A DNA stretch of 64,000 nt from a bacterium (lineage in GTDB: Bacteria > AUK180), in contig JAGLGN010000020.1 in NCBI GenBank assembly GCA_023144005.1, positions 10,941 through 74,940 on the forward strand. Reading direction: 5' to 3'. The notes under the pieces were generated by a model, which saw nothing but the letters and a program-made list of their open reading frames with translations, had not been told where the DNA came from and made no database searches. Position 1 is the stretch's first letter, and each line of letters begins with the position of its first letter. The position numbers and the translations under genes are program-made. Shown here one piece after another: positions 29,301 through 38,230 of the stretch.

Positions 29301-32300
29301 ATCCGCAGCGGTAACATCGGCGGGATCGCAGATGACAGGTAGCGGAGCGGTATTTATATCGGCTACTGAACGGGGGTTCAATCTATAATAATCGTATCCG
29401 TATAATAACACACCCGTTAATTGACTTATCGTCTGGCCTGCCGTCATCTCGGCATGGTAAAAAGCATCATCACAGCCGAGTATCTTGGTTCCAGCGGAAT
29501 CCCTGAACTCCCAATAGCCGTGATTTCCGGTGGTCGAACTCACCACAACATCATAGAATGTCACAAGGACACCTTCATACGCTTCAGGTACGAGATCGCA
29601 ATTGGCGCCTTCCGGATCATTGTCTCCGATCTCTTCCACAGTTGTAGTGGTCGCATTTGTGGAATTGCCGGAAGAATTCACGGCATAAGCTGTAATCGTG
29701 TTGATCTGAGAAAGCCCGAAATACTCGTCAACCGTACCGGTAATGGTAATATTATCCCCTATAACAGGGAAATTTGTGAAGTCATAGACATAAATACCGT
29801 TCCAAGCGCCATCGGCATCGGTAATAATATATTTATTCGTACCGACCGCAGTAACATTCCCCGTCAAGGTAACTTCTTCCGCTTCTCTTGGAGAATCGTA
29901 GCATTCCGATCCGACGCTTCCTGTAAATTGTATACTGTAGATAGTATCAACCGGAACGGCCGGCGTAATAACGGTCAGCTCATCAGAGGAATCCCTTGAA
30001 AGCGGAACACAATTGGAAACCGTGACAAGATAATAATATGTATTGGAAGCGGAAACCGTATTGTCAGCGTATGTAGTAAGAACCGTATTATTGGCAAGTA
30101 ATGTTGCGGTTGTCGTATTGAGCGGCGTTGAATTACTTCTATAAAGATCGTATGTCAATGCCTGCGTATTGTTATCACTGTCGGATGCGGCATCCCATGA
30201 AAGCGCAACGGATGTCTGCGAAACAGAAGTGCTATCCAGATTGGAGATCCCTGAGACAGTCCAATCAGGCGCTGTAGTATCCGAATCATCACAAAGAGAA
30301 GCCCCGGAAGTGTCAATATCGGCTGCTGAGCGGGGGTTCAATCTATAATAATCGTATCCGTATAATAACACACCCGTTAATTGACTTATCGTCTGGCCTG
30401 CCGTCATCTCGGCATGGTAAAAAGCATCATCACAGCCGAGTATCTTGGTTCCAGCGGAATCCCTGAACTCCCAATAGCCGTGATTTCCGGTGGTCGAACT
30501 CACCACAACATCATAGAATGTCACAAGGACACCTTCATACGCTTCAGGTACGAGATCACAATTGGCGCCTTCCGGATCATTGTCTCCGATCTCTTCCACC
30601 GTTGTTGTAGTGGCGTTTACAGGATTACCGGAAGAATTCAAGGTATATGAAGTGATCGTAGTAAGTTCAGTCAAACCGAAATACTCATCTACCGTGCCGG
30701 TAATAGTAATATTATCCCCTACCGTAGGAGTGTAATTGGAGTCATAAACATATAAGCCGTTCCATGCACCATCCGCATCGGAGATAACATATTTTCCGGT
30801 TGCGATTGCCGTAACAACACCTGTAAGGGTGACCTCTTCCGCATCCCTGGGAGAGTCATAACATCCGGATCCAAGAGTTCCTGTAAATTGCACACTGTAG
30901 ATAGTATCCCCTGCCGGGCCGGCGGGAGTTGTAGTTTTAACCTCATCGGAAGCTTCCTTTTCAAGAGGCACACAGTTCTTTGCCGCTATTTTGTAATAGT
31001 ATGTATTTTCAGGAACCACTGTGCTATCCGCATATGCTGTACCCGTAAGATTCGATGCGACAACGGTAGCTGTAGATGTATCGACAGGCGTAGAACCGCT
31101 TCGGTAAAGGTCATAGGTCACGGCTTCTGTCGTATTTTCAGTATCCGCGGCAACTCCCCAACTGAGAGTTATCGAGCTTGATGCGGTATTTGTAACGGCG
31201 ATATCCGATACTCCGCTCACCGTCCAATCTGGAGGTGTCGTGTCACTGTCATCACAGGCAGCAAGCGTCTCCCTCTGAATAAATTCATCCCAATTGCTTG
31301 TAGTAGCGATCAGCGTCGAGTCATAATACGCGTCATAATCCAATTCATCTAAGGGATAATAGATACCGGTCCCGTAACAATCATTTCCCGTCTCGGCAAA
31401 ATTATTTGTGACCGCATTAGTAATGGCCGTTCTAACTGCTGCAGAGCTGTCCTTCAAAGATTGCGGTACCGCCTGGGCCTCTAATTTCAAACAGAAATCG
31501 TAAAGATCTATCTGATCGTAATAAGGGTAAGAAGAGTCAAGTTCAAAGGTATTGGCTCTTGCGTTTTGTATCTGCGTGCCATATGAGCTCAAATTCTGTC
31601 TGAGCTTGATCGCGAAAGAATTGATCGCGGGTGTCAGGCCTGAAGATACCTGCGCGAGGTCCAGGGCAGATTGTGTCCATCCGTTTGATCCACTTTCTCC
31701 CGCAGCATATGCGTCAACTACCGAATTTGCCAATGCCACAGGTGTAATTGTCCCTCCACTGCTCACAATATCATTCAGAAACGGTGTATAAGACCATCCG
31801 TCAAGCCACTCCGACATCTCTGATGCCACCATATAATCAAAATACGGAGCTGATTCCGCATTATTTTCCCACATCTGGTCAAGACATACATCATAACCCA
31901 CTATGTCGAGTTTTGAGCCGTAATAAGTATATATCTCTTTAAAAGCCGTACCAAGTTCACCGAGCATACCCGGAGTGCCTGAAGTGAAATATAAGTAATC
32001 GCCACTTGTATCATCCGAGGAAGCGCCCTTGTAAGAGGCAAGATTATCCTCGACTTTCCGCCAGCCGTCACCATGATCCCAGATCACCAGCATATAATGC
32101 TCGGCGGGGTAATTATCCCTCACCCATTTTCCGAAGGAGACCAATGTATCGCCATCTCCCATATTTGCCTCTCCGATATCCGAAACAGCGTTTGCAATTG
32201 TCGGAGTCATCCCGGAGGTAATATAATATCTCTTAGTTGAGGTCCAGTCGTCGTATAATGAAGAATAACCACCGATCCTGTCCATCTGGACAACGATATT

Positions 32301-34526
32301 CAGATTAGCATCAGAACCGACAGCGGACATTTCCAGAAAATCATCAATGCCGTCTGCTTCAAGATTATTGTCACAGTTAAGAAACACCGCGACGGTCCAT
32401 TTCGGCAATACGCTTTCGGGGGTATTTATCTCTACTTCATCGGAGGCAGTCATAGAAAGCGGAACACAATTGGATGCCACTACTTTATAATAGTAAGTGG
32501 TGCCGCCGGAAAGAGAGCTGTCCGTATAGGAAGTTGAAGTGATCCCTGCGGTCATCAATATCGCCGTTGTAGTATCCACAGGTGATGTCTCACTTCTATA
32601 AAGGGCATAAGTTATGGCCTCTGTATCATTTTCCGCATCCGTTGCGGAATCCCAGGCCAATGCCGCGGATGATGATGTGATCAAGGTTGAATCGATGTTT
32701 GAAACACCTGAGACCGACCAATCCGGAGCAGTTGTATCTCCATTATCACAAGCATTCACTGAAGGGCTGGTATCTATATCCGAAGCGGAGCGGGGATTCA
32801 ATCTGTAATGATCATAAGTGTAAAGGAGAACTCCCGTGATCTGTGAAATAGTCTGGCCGTTCGCGAGATCGGCAAGGTAGAAACTATCGTCACAGCTCAA
32901 TTCAAGGGTTCCCGACTGATCCTTGATCTTCCAATATCCGTAAGTACTTAAAGGCGAGCTGACAACAACATCATAAAGCGTCACAAGAACACCCTCATAC
33001 TCCTCCGAGTCGGCATTACAGTCCGCTCCCCATTGGGAAGAGCCGCCGATACTTTCACATGTAACGGTAGCAGGAGTTACAGAATTTCCCGAAGAATTCA
33101 AGGTATATGAAGTAACAGTCGCGATCTCGGTAAGGCCGAAATATTCATCCACTATACCGGTTATTGTAATATTGTCTCCAACGGATGGGGAATAATTGCT
33201 GTCATAAATATAAACCCCGTTCCATGCGCCGTCAGCATCGGCGAAAACATATTTTCCAGTGCCTATTGCGGTAACGATGCCTGTCAGGGTAACCTCTTGT
33301 GTTTCTCTGGGGGAATCGTAGCATTCACTTCCCACAGTCGCCGTGTTCTGAACACTATATATCGTATCTGTGGTCTCCGCGGGAGTTGTTATCTCGATCT
33401 CGTCTGAAGCGGTTCTGGTCACAGGTACGCAATTTGATGCCACGACCTTGTAGTAATATGTTGTTTCTGCTGAAACAGTATTATCCGTAGCACTGGTGGA
33501 TGTGGTTCCAGAAGCTACCAGAGTTGCCGTAGCGGTATCAACAGGAGATGTTCCACTTCTATACAGGTAATATGAAATTGCAAATGTATCATTCTCAACT
33601 TCGGAGGACGCGTCCCACATAAGCGTGACCTGATCCGCCAGAAGTGAGGATGTCTCAATGTTTGACACTCCTGAGACCGCCCAGTCCGGAGGTGTCGTAT
33701 CGGAATCGTCGCACCCGGCGCATGTACCGCCCCATACATCACATACCCATTCGGGGTGATCTATATACGGATTTCTGTTGCCCTGGATCGCGTAAACCGC
33801 GTCGTTTCTGTCTATTTCCTTCTGGCTGACCGGATCTGCGTTATGCCATTCCAGGAACATATCATACGCCCAGGCCTGAAATCCGGGATATGATGTACCG
33901 TTGAAGCTGGTATCGGTCGTGTCCCAGGAATCGATCCGGTCTTCGTACCTTGTCACAGTATAGAAATAGGTTCTTGCAAAATCGCCCTTATATTCATCAA
34001 TGGGTTCAAATATCGCTCCAGAATAACCCGCGTATGAACAACTTCCGACCTTCGAACCATTCGTCGATGTCCAGGTCGGGCTTGAGGTTTCACCGAAGGG
34101 GTAATTTGATCTTCTCCCGTTGACATATCCATCGGTCGGATATACCATAAAAAGATCAGTGTACATGGGAGAAGAGCTCCCGAACCAGCTTGAAGGGATA
34201 GAATGCTCTCTATTATAGCAATCCGCTTCACTGTTATAGGTTCCGCATTGATTCGAACCATGTGTATAAGTGTATGCGGGAGTGCCGCCGGGAACAGTGG
34301 AGTACATATCCCATACGGTATTCGCGCCCGTATTATCAGTGGTCTGATAGGCGATATAAAGGGAATCATAGCTCTGACTGGAATGTCCGTCAATAATATA
34401 GTGAAGATTCGTCTTTAATGTAGCTCCGGTACCCGTAGCTGTATCATAATAGCCTGCGGGAATAGCCGCAAACAGAAGCTGTGAAAACGCGAAAAATGCA
34501 AGAAAGATCAACTTGGTAACTTTCAT
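26361..34526 (-). CDS. giant secreted endonuclease I / clostripain (peptidase C11) fusion with FN3, OB-fold-like and CarboxypepD_reg-like repeats and a T9SS-like C-terminal domain
   Basis: GAGGTG SD before the ATG at 34526; NREH, NGRRSNYPFG, KGDFAR, RN...QGNRNPYIDHP (nuclease); NCDNNLE, WDHGDGW, GYDVCL (clostripain His/Cys dyad); VYPVP...IYSISG...SGVYIY...K C-terminus. Confidence 0.9.
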   Translation of the reverse strand: MKVTKLIFLAFFAFSQLLFAAIPAGYYDTATGTGATLKTNLHYIIDGHSSQSYDSLYIAYQTTDNTGANTVWDMYSTVPGGTPAYTYTHGSNQCGTYNSEADCYNREHSIPSSWFGSSSPMYTDLFMVYPTDGYVNGRRSNYPFGETSSPTWTSTNGSKVGSCSYAGYSGAIFEPIDEYKGDFARTYFYTVTRYEDRIDSWDTTDTSFNGTSYPGFQAWAYDMFLEWHNADPVSQKEIDRNDAVYAIQGNRNPYIDHPEWVCDVWGGTCAGCDDSDTTPPDWAVSGVSNIETSSLLADQVTLMWDASSEVENDTFAISYYLYRSGTSPVDTATATLVASGTTSTSATDNTVSAETTYYYKVVASNCVPVTRTASDEIEITTPAETTDTIYSVQNTATVGSECYDSPRETQEVTLTGIVTAIGTGKYVFADADGAWNGVYIYDSNYSPSVGDNITITGIVDEYFGLTEIATVTSYTLNSSGNSVTPATVTCESIGGSSQWGADCNADSEEYEGVLVTLYDVVVSSPLSTYGYWKIKDQSGTLELSCDDSFYLADLANGQTISQITGVLLYTYDHYRLNPRSASDIDTSPSVNACDNGDTTAPDWSVSGVSNIDSTLITSSSAALAWDSATDAENDTEAITYALYRSETSPVDTTTAILMTAGITSTSYTDSSLSGGTTYYYKVVASNCVPLSMTASDEVEINTPESVLPKWTVAVFLNCDNNLEADGIDDFLEMSAVGSDANLNIVVQMDRIGGYSSLYDDWTSTKRYYITSGMTPTIANAVSDIGEANMGDGDTLVSFGKWVRDNYPAEHYMLVIWDHGDGWRKVEDNLASYKGASSDDTSGDYLYFTSGTPGMLGELGTAFKEIYTYYGSKLDIVGYDVCLDQMWENNAESAPYFDYMVASEMSEWLDGWSYTPFLNDIVSSGGTITPVALANSVVDAYAAGESGSNGWTQSALDLAQVSSGLTPAINSFAIKLRQNLSSYGTQIQNARANTFELDSSYPYYDQIDLYDFCLKLEAQAVPQSLKDSSAAVRTAITNAVTNNFAETGNDCYGTGIYYPLDELDYDAYYDSTLIATTSNWDEFIQRETLAACDDSDTTPPDWTVSGVSDIAVTNTASSSITLSWGVAADTENTTEAVTYDLYRSGSTPVDTSTATVVASNLTGTAYADSTVVPENTYYYKIAAKNCVPLEKEASDEVKTTTPAGPAGDTIYSVQFTGTLGSGCYDSPRDAEEVTLTGVVTAIATGKYVISDADGAWNGLYVYDSNYTPTVGDNITITGTVDEYFGLTELTTITSYTLNSSGNPVNATTTTVEEIGDNDPEGANCDLVPEAYEGVLVTFYDVVVSSTTGNHGYWEFRDSAGTKILGCDDAFYHAEMTAGQTISQLTGVLLYGYDYYRLNPRSAADIDTSGASLCDDSDTTAPDWTVSGISNLDSTSVSQTSVALSWDAASDSDNNTQALTYDLYRSNSTPLNTTTATLLANNTVLTTYADNTVSASNTYYYLVTVSNCVPLSRDSSDELTVITPAVPVDTIYSIQFTGSVGSECYDSPREAEEVTLTGNVTAVGTNKYIITDADGAWNGIYVYDFTNFPVIGDNITITGTVDEYFGLSQINTITAYAVNSSGNSTNATTTTVEEIGDNDPEGANCDLVPEAYEGVLVTFYDVVVSSTTGNHGYWEFRDSAGTKILGCDDAFYHAEMTAGQTISQLTGVLLYGYDYYRLNPRSVADINTAPLPVICDPADVTAADWTVSGVSNICSTAISHTSIDLEWDAASDLENDTLPLTYDLYRDTVTISDTSSLTPIVEDTEANTYLDTGLTMETTYYYKVVVRNCVPLEREASDELAIATLPACDPADTTAPDWAVSGISNIDSTVVTYNAITIVWDAATDAQQTIEEVIYDLYRSGTTPVDTITATLLASDTNALTFADSGLTPATGYFYLVVAKNCIPLSRDASDELDVITKSLPHTISGTITDGAVPMAGVTVDLSGYSSASTVTDGSGNYSFADVPHGESYTVTPSFTHYSFSPSFTDIASLDSDQTSVDFTGTLNTWDISGTITDGANPLSGVTVDLSGSATATTTTDGSGNYSFAGLDAGGDYTVTPSLTHYTFAPISTTYTDLSADETATDFTGTLNTWDVSGTITDGTDPLSGVTVDLSGYVSASTTTDGSGNYSFAGLDAGATYTVTPSYTHYMFVPSGTTHFNLGGDRNNTDFTGTIDTWDISGTITDGTNPISGVTVDLSGSATATTVTDGSGNYSFADLDAGGDYTMTPSHTHYIFAPVNISILDLSANDTGNDFTGTLKTWDISGTITNGATPLSGVTVDLTGSATTFAVTDGSGNYSFAGLDAGGDYTVTPSLTHYSFAPTSTEHTDLSADETSTDFTAILNTWTISGTITDGANPISGVTVDLSGYASATTTTDGSGNYSFAGLNAGEDFAVTPSMTHYTFAAPSNSYNNISSDISSSDFTGTLNTWDISGNITDGTNPISGATVDLSGYATASTTTDGSGNYSFAGLDAGKDYTVTPSHTHYEFSPANTNCTVLSANVSDVDFTGTLNSWSISGNIMSGITPLADIKVVLTGASTTEVYTDISGYYLFTDLDAGATYTVTPEVGLYKYTPETAQFIDLTISQVQDFDAVNNYAQGLGDVVVYPVPWSSNMGIEHITFANLTENSSIAIYSISGEFVIKMQPELIDHTWDLRTRRGKKVVSGVYIYIITDEAGEQIQGKCVILK
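26640..28650 (-). repeat. 8 tandem 252 bp (84 aa) repeats encoding beta-sandwich stalk domains
   Basis: WDISGTITDG...TTDGSGNYSFAGLDAG units recurring at ~26881, 27133, 27385, 27637, 27889, 28141, 28393 and 28645. Confidence 0.92.
29371..30599. repeat. near-identical 269 bp direct repeat (29371-29639 and 30331-30599)
   Basis: 268/269 identical; the single difference (29598/30558) is synonymous. Confidence 0.95.
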
Positions 34527-34746
34527 AGACACCTCAATTAGTTTATCTTATTTGAATTAATATATCAATACCGATTAAGCAAAAAGAAGTTCCAGGTTCA
34601 AAGGTTCACAAGTGTTAACGTATGATGTGTAGCGTGTCAAGTGAAATGTAATAAATATTCACACCCGTAACCGGAAAATCGTTATTTCGTTTCTTTCATT
34701 AAAATCACCCGTTATAATAATAGAACGCCGGAGCGAAGTAAGATGT

Positions 34747-34882
34747 GGGACACGCCGTACTCCGCAGGAGTTCGACTGTCCCGATGTAAAAGTTCCAAGC
34801 AAAGAGTTGACAGGAAGCGAAGCGTGTAAACTCTTTGCCCCGTTAGAATCAAACGGAAACATTCTCCACACATCTTTGAATG
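34747..34882. repeat. structured intergenic element, copy 1
   Basis: 57 bp core 34795-34851 matches 36681-36737 at 56/57; hairpins GGGACA...TGTCCC and GCAAAGAGTT...AACTCTTTGC. Confidence 0.88.
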
Positions 34883-34900
34883 TTATCCCCTTTCTCTTTA

Positions 34901-34947
34901 GTCATTCCCGTGCAGTTTACCCCGATTACATCGGGGATCGGGAATCC
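34901..34947. repeat. REP-like palindrome (GTCATTCCCG...CGGGAATCC) with a nested CCCCGAT/ATCGGGG hairpin
   Basis: inverted repeats seen directly; a degenerate copy starts at 36768. Confidence 0.6.
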
Positions 34948-34990
34948 ATCTTACTCCACCTTTCAACTTTTGAACTTTTGAACATTCTTT

Positions 34991-35863
34991 TTACAGATTG
35001 GCCAGGAAAAGAAGGGAGCCGATCGCTAAAATGAAAAGCGCACCGATGATCTCCAGGATTTTCTGCAGGAGATTCATTGTTTTGCTCTGACTTGACGCGA
35101 GTTTCATTGCGCTCTTCTTTGAGAGCACGGTCGCTACACCGACCAGGGAAATAGTAGTGCCCATCCCTATGCCCATTGATAGGACCGCAGCGACACCAAG
35201 AAGCAGAAGCCCGATCGAGACGCAAAATATCATTATAAGGATCCCACCGGTACATGGAATTATTCCGATCGCGATGATTAGAGGTAAAACGCTTTTCTGG
35301 GATTCGTGTTCAATGTCAGCTGTCGATTCTTTGACAATCCGTTTTTTCAAGGCGAATCTCACGAGCAGAGCAAATCCGATGAGTGCGATGACGCCGTAAC
35401 TGATCAACTTTATTATTCTTTCAACATTCTGTATCGAATGAAAGAACGCCGCTTTCAAAAGAAAGTACATCAGAAGAACTACCACTATCGAAGAGATCGA
35501 GTGAAGGACGCCAATGGACCCGCCGCTCAGGATCCCTTTTTTTATCGACCCTTCCTCTGAAAGAAAGTATGAGAAGATCAGGGTCTTGCCGTGCCCCGGC
35601 CCTACCGCATGTATTACGCCGTATAGAAAGGAAAGCAGCAGGATTATAATAATGGTCTTGGGAGACTTGTCCTCCTTGATCTTACGGGCCAATATAGCTA
35701 TCTTGTCGTTGATCTTTTTCTGTACGGGAGCGATCGTTTCTACGATCTTTCTGATAAATGTTGGATATATCGATTTTTTCTTCTTTGGGAAATACTGCTT
35801 GTTCTGAGCAAAAACAGGCAGGAGCATCATTAATAAGATTATAGCAATAATGATCTTCTTCAT
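34991..35863 (-). CDS. NiCoT/RcnA-like nickel/cobalt transporter
   Basis: YGVIHAVGPGHGK motif, GVLH, GIIPC, multiple TM helices. Confidence 0.88.
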   Translation of the reverse strand: MKKIIIAIILLMMLLPVFAQNKQYFPKKKKSIYPTFIRKIVETIAPVQKKINDKIAILARKIKEDKSPKTIIIILLLSFLYGVIHAVGPGHGKTLIFSYFLSEEGSIKKGILSGGSIGVLHSISSIVVVLLMYFLLKAAFFHSIQNVERIIKLISYGVIALIGFALLVRFALKKRIVKESTADIEHESQKSVLPLIIAIGIIPCTGGILIMIFCVSIGLLLLGVAAVLSMGIGMGTTISLVGVATVLSKKSAMKLASSQSKTMNLLQKILEIIGALFILAIGSLLFLANL

Positions 35864-36501
35864 TTAACTCCTGACAGTATCACAAAGATCTCCTGCAATC
35901 GTTCTTGGCCTTTGTAGGATTTTCCGGTAATCTTATCGTAGATCGTGTACTCGCGTTTTATATTCTGACCACCCTCGAAACTCACAGTATCCACGCTTGA
36001 AAGTGTAAACGCTACAAAAATAGTTTCGTCATACATAAATAATCGGATCTCCACTTCTTTCCCAAGTGCGTTGATCTCGCAGGGAATGAGGAATTCAAAA
36101 ACAACTCGATCACCCTGATAATATGCAGTGAAATCCTTTGCTTTCTTGAACTTGAAAAATTCTCCGTTAATGTATATATATGTGTAACAGTCGTATTGCT
36201 GGATGTTTTTAAAGATACTGCTTTTGATCTCCGCGATCTCCTTTTTTTCAAATTGCGAATTCTTGTTCGTGTCAAAGTCGTCGCTGACCGTGATACTGAA
36301 GAATTCGTCAAAGACCCATTTTACTTTTATGCCTGTAAGTCCGGCCTCATCAAAAACGAAATGAGCCGAATAGTCGATGAAGAGATGCGGGTGAGAAGAA
36401 GGGAGTAATTTTGCGGACAGGAAGAAGAGGAGCACAAGGGGCAATATGATAATTACCCTTTTGAAATTTGCGTACTTTAACAAGGCATGAAAGATTTTCA
36501 T
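35860..36501 (-). CDS. DUF1007-family periplasmic protein (usual partner of Ni/Co transporters)
   Basis: signal peptide then HPHLFID, WVFDEFFS, YDETIF motifs; overlaps the transporter by 4 bp. Confidence 0.85.
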   Translation of the reverse strand: MKIFHALLKYANFKRVIIILPLVLLFFLSAKLLPSSHPHLFIDYSAHFVFDEAGLTGIKVKWVFDEFFSITVSDDFDTNKNSQFEKKEIAEIKSSIFKNIQQYDCYTYIYINGEFFKFKKAKDFTAYYQGDRVVFEFLIPCEINALGKEVEIRLFMYDETIFVAFTLSSVDTVSFEGGQNIKREYTIYDKITGKSYKGQERLQEIFVILSGVK

Positions 36502-36631
36502 TTGTTGTATTTTACATCATTTACCGGAATTGTCCAAATATGGGACAAGCTTCGCAGTGCACCAGTGGACCCAGGGACAAGTGTCCCAGTAGTGAAGGAA
36601 AAGAGAAACACACCCGTAACACAAGAAAAGA

Positions 36632-36768
36632 GGGACATGCCGTCGACAACTTATTGGCACGACTGTCCCGGATAAAGGTACCAAGCAAAGAGTTGACAGG
36701 AAGCGTAGCGTGTAAACTCTTTGCCCCGTTAGAATCACACGGGAACATCCTCCACACATATTTGAATG
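36632..36768. repeat. structured intergenic element, copy 2
   Basis: direct repeat of 34747-34882 with conserved stems and a different inner loop. Confidence 0.88.
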
Positions 36769-36865
36769 TCATTCCCGTGAAAGAGGAAATTCATCCCTCT
36801 CTACCTTGTGTTTTTGTTTCTTGTGCACTGCGAAGCATACCCACCTCGCACATCACACATTTGAC

Positions 36866-38227
36866 TTATTTAAGAAGCTCCTTTATTAGGCCTTTGACTT
36901 CCGGACTGGCGTTCTTTTTCAATTTGATAGTACCGGAGGTTTCTATTCGTGATGTCTCGACATCCACTATCTTTGCCCGTATATAATACATATTGTTTAT
37001 TAATGATATCTTGCCGATGACCATCTTGTTCACGGCAAGTATTTTACCTACTTCTACCGCGCATTCGGCTGAAACACAACCGGTTTTCTGAAACTCGACT
37101 TCATCCATTATCACTTTTAACGCGCTTCTTTCTATTACGGTGTATTTGCCGGTATCAAGGAGTTCGTCGCTGATCATATCCTCTATTACATCGCTGTAAC
37201 TTTCCGGAACCTCAGGTGCCTCAAATTCCATTATGGCGATCGAGATCATCTTTTTCGGTACTTCCTCTGCAAAAGATCTCTTTTTCTCCTTTTTGGGTTT
37301 TGATACATATTTTCTTTCAGGCATTGAAAAATCAAGGCCTGCTGAAATAAAGTGAAACCCTGTGAGATCTCCCATAGCAAAGGTATAGTCCACTTGATAG
37401 TTAGCATACATTACTCCAATACCAGCGCTTAAGCCCGAAGCCAGCTCATTTCTGTCAAGCTGATAGGCAGCACGCAGGGAAATGATATTATTAATGATGT
37501 ATTCCGCTCCAAGGCCGAATTTCATCGGTGAATCCGCCGGACCCAGGAAATATGTGCCAGCGGCGTTTATCTTCAGCGTACCGTCCAGAAAGTCCTTGCC
37601 CACACTGAGTCCAAGCCGTCCCGGCGTCATTGAGTCATCCCCTGAAGAGATAGCAATGATATCATTCAATGATAATCCCACCTTGAGAATGTCAAGTGCA
37701 TACTCCATTCCCATGGAGAGGTAGGCATAGGAGAACTTCTCCTCCGCAATATCCCCTGTTTCGGGTAATGTCTGGGACAATAATGAAAAACTGATCCCGG
37801 CCGTAAGCGCCGGCATGATCTTTCTTACATATCCCGCTCTTATTATGCTATCTCCGGTAAGAGAAGCGTTTTCATCGAGGATCTCTCCAAATTCATCTAC
37901 CGCGATATAATCAGGATTCGCGATCATCTGATAAGAGACAAAAGCGAAATTGTCCTCTCCAATGGTCATTGCAAGTGAAGTCTGATTATGAGCCCTGCCG
38001 CTGAATACACCGGGGAAATATGAAAATCTCAACGAGAACTGATCTTTGATCCTCGCGGCAGAGGCACAATTAAAGCTCAGATAAGCCAAGGGCCTGTCTG
38101 AAGTTATCCCGCCCGGAAGCGCGAGCGTCAAGCCGTCAACGGGAGTGAACATTTCGGAATACCCGAGATCACCTGCGGAAGCGAATACGCATAGAATAAC
38201 GGCACATGATAATATCATCCGCTTCAT
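36866..38227 (-). CDS. PorV-like beta-barrel fused to a C-terminal CsgG/FlgO-like domain
   Basis: signal peptide; degenerate barrel N-terminus; GLGAEY...LRAAY...LSAGIG...VDYTF...HFISAG; IAIMEFE...YTVIERS...TGC...CAVEVGK...KIVDVET. Confidence 0.75.
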   Translation of the reverse strand: MKRMILSCAVILCVFASAGDLGYSEMFTPVDGLTLALPGGITSDRPLAYLSFNCASAARIKDQFSLRFSYFPGVFSGRAHNQTSLAMTIGEDNFAFVSYQMIANPDYIAVDEFGEILDENASLTGDSIIRAGYVRKIMPALTAGISFSLLSQTLPETGDIAEEKFSYAYLSMGMEYALDILKVGLSLNDIIAISSGDDSMTPGRLGLSVGKDFLDGTLKINAAGTYFLGPADSPMKFGLGAEYIINNIISLRAAYQLDRNELASGLSAGIGVMYANYQVDYTFAMGDLTGFHFISAGLDFSMPERKYVSKPKKEKKRSFAEEVPKKMISIAIMEFEAPEVPESYSDVIEDMISDELLDTGKYTVIERSALKVIMDEVEFQKTGCVSAECAVEVGKILAVNKMVIGKISLINNMYYIRAKIVDVETSRIETSGTIKLKKNASPEVKGLIKELLK

Positions 38228-38230
38228 CTT

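Noticed and set aside
29371..30599. Near-identical repeat pair as a diversity-generating retroelement TR/VR
   Set aside because: Only one synonymous difference, both copies lie in frame within one gene, and no reverse transcriptase is present
36632..36768. NiCo or cobalamin riboswitch upstream of the Ni/Co transporter pair
   Set aside because: I could not find the conserved cores of either family, and a second copy lies downstream of the same genes
34659..36986. Short ORFs at 34659-34871, 34807-35034, 36468-36986 and 36521-36772 that resemble each other
   Set aside because: The similarity comes from translating the non-coding repeat; there is no SD or coding signature
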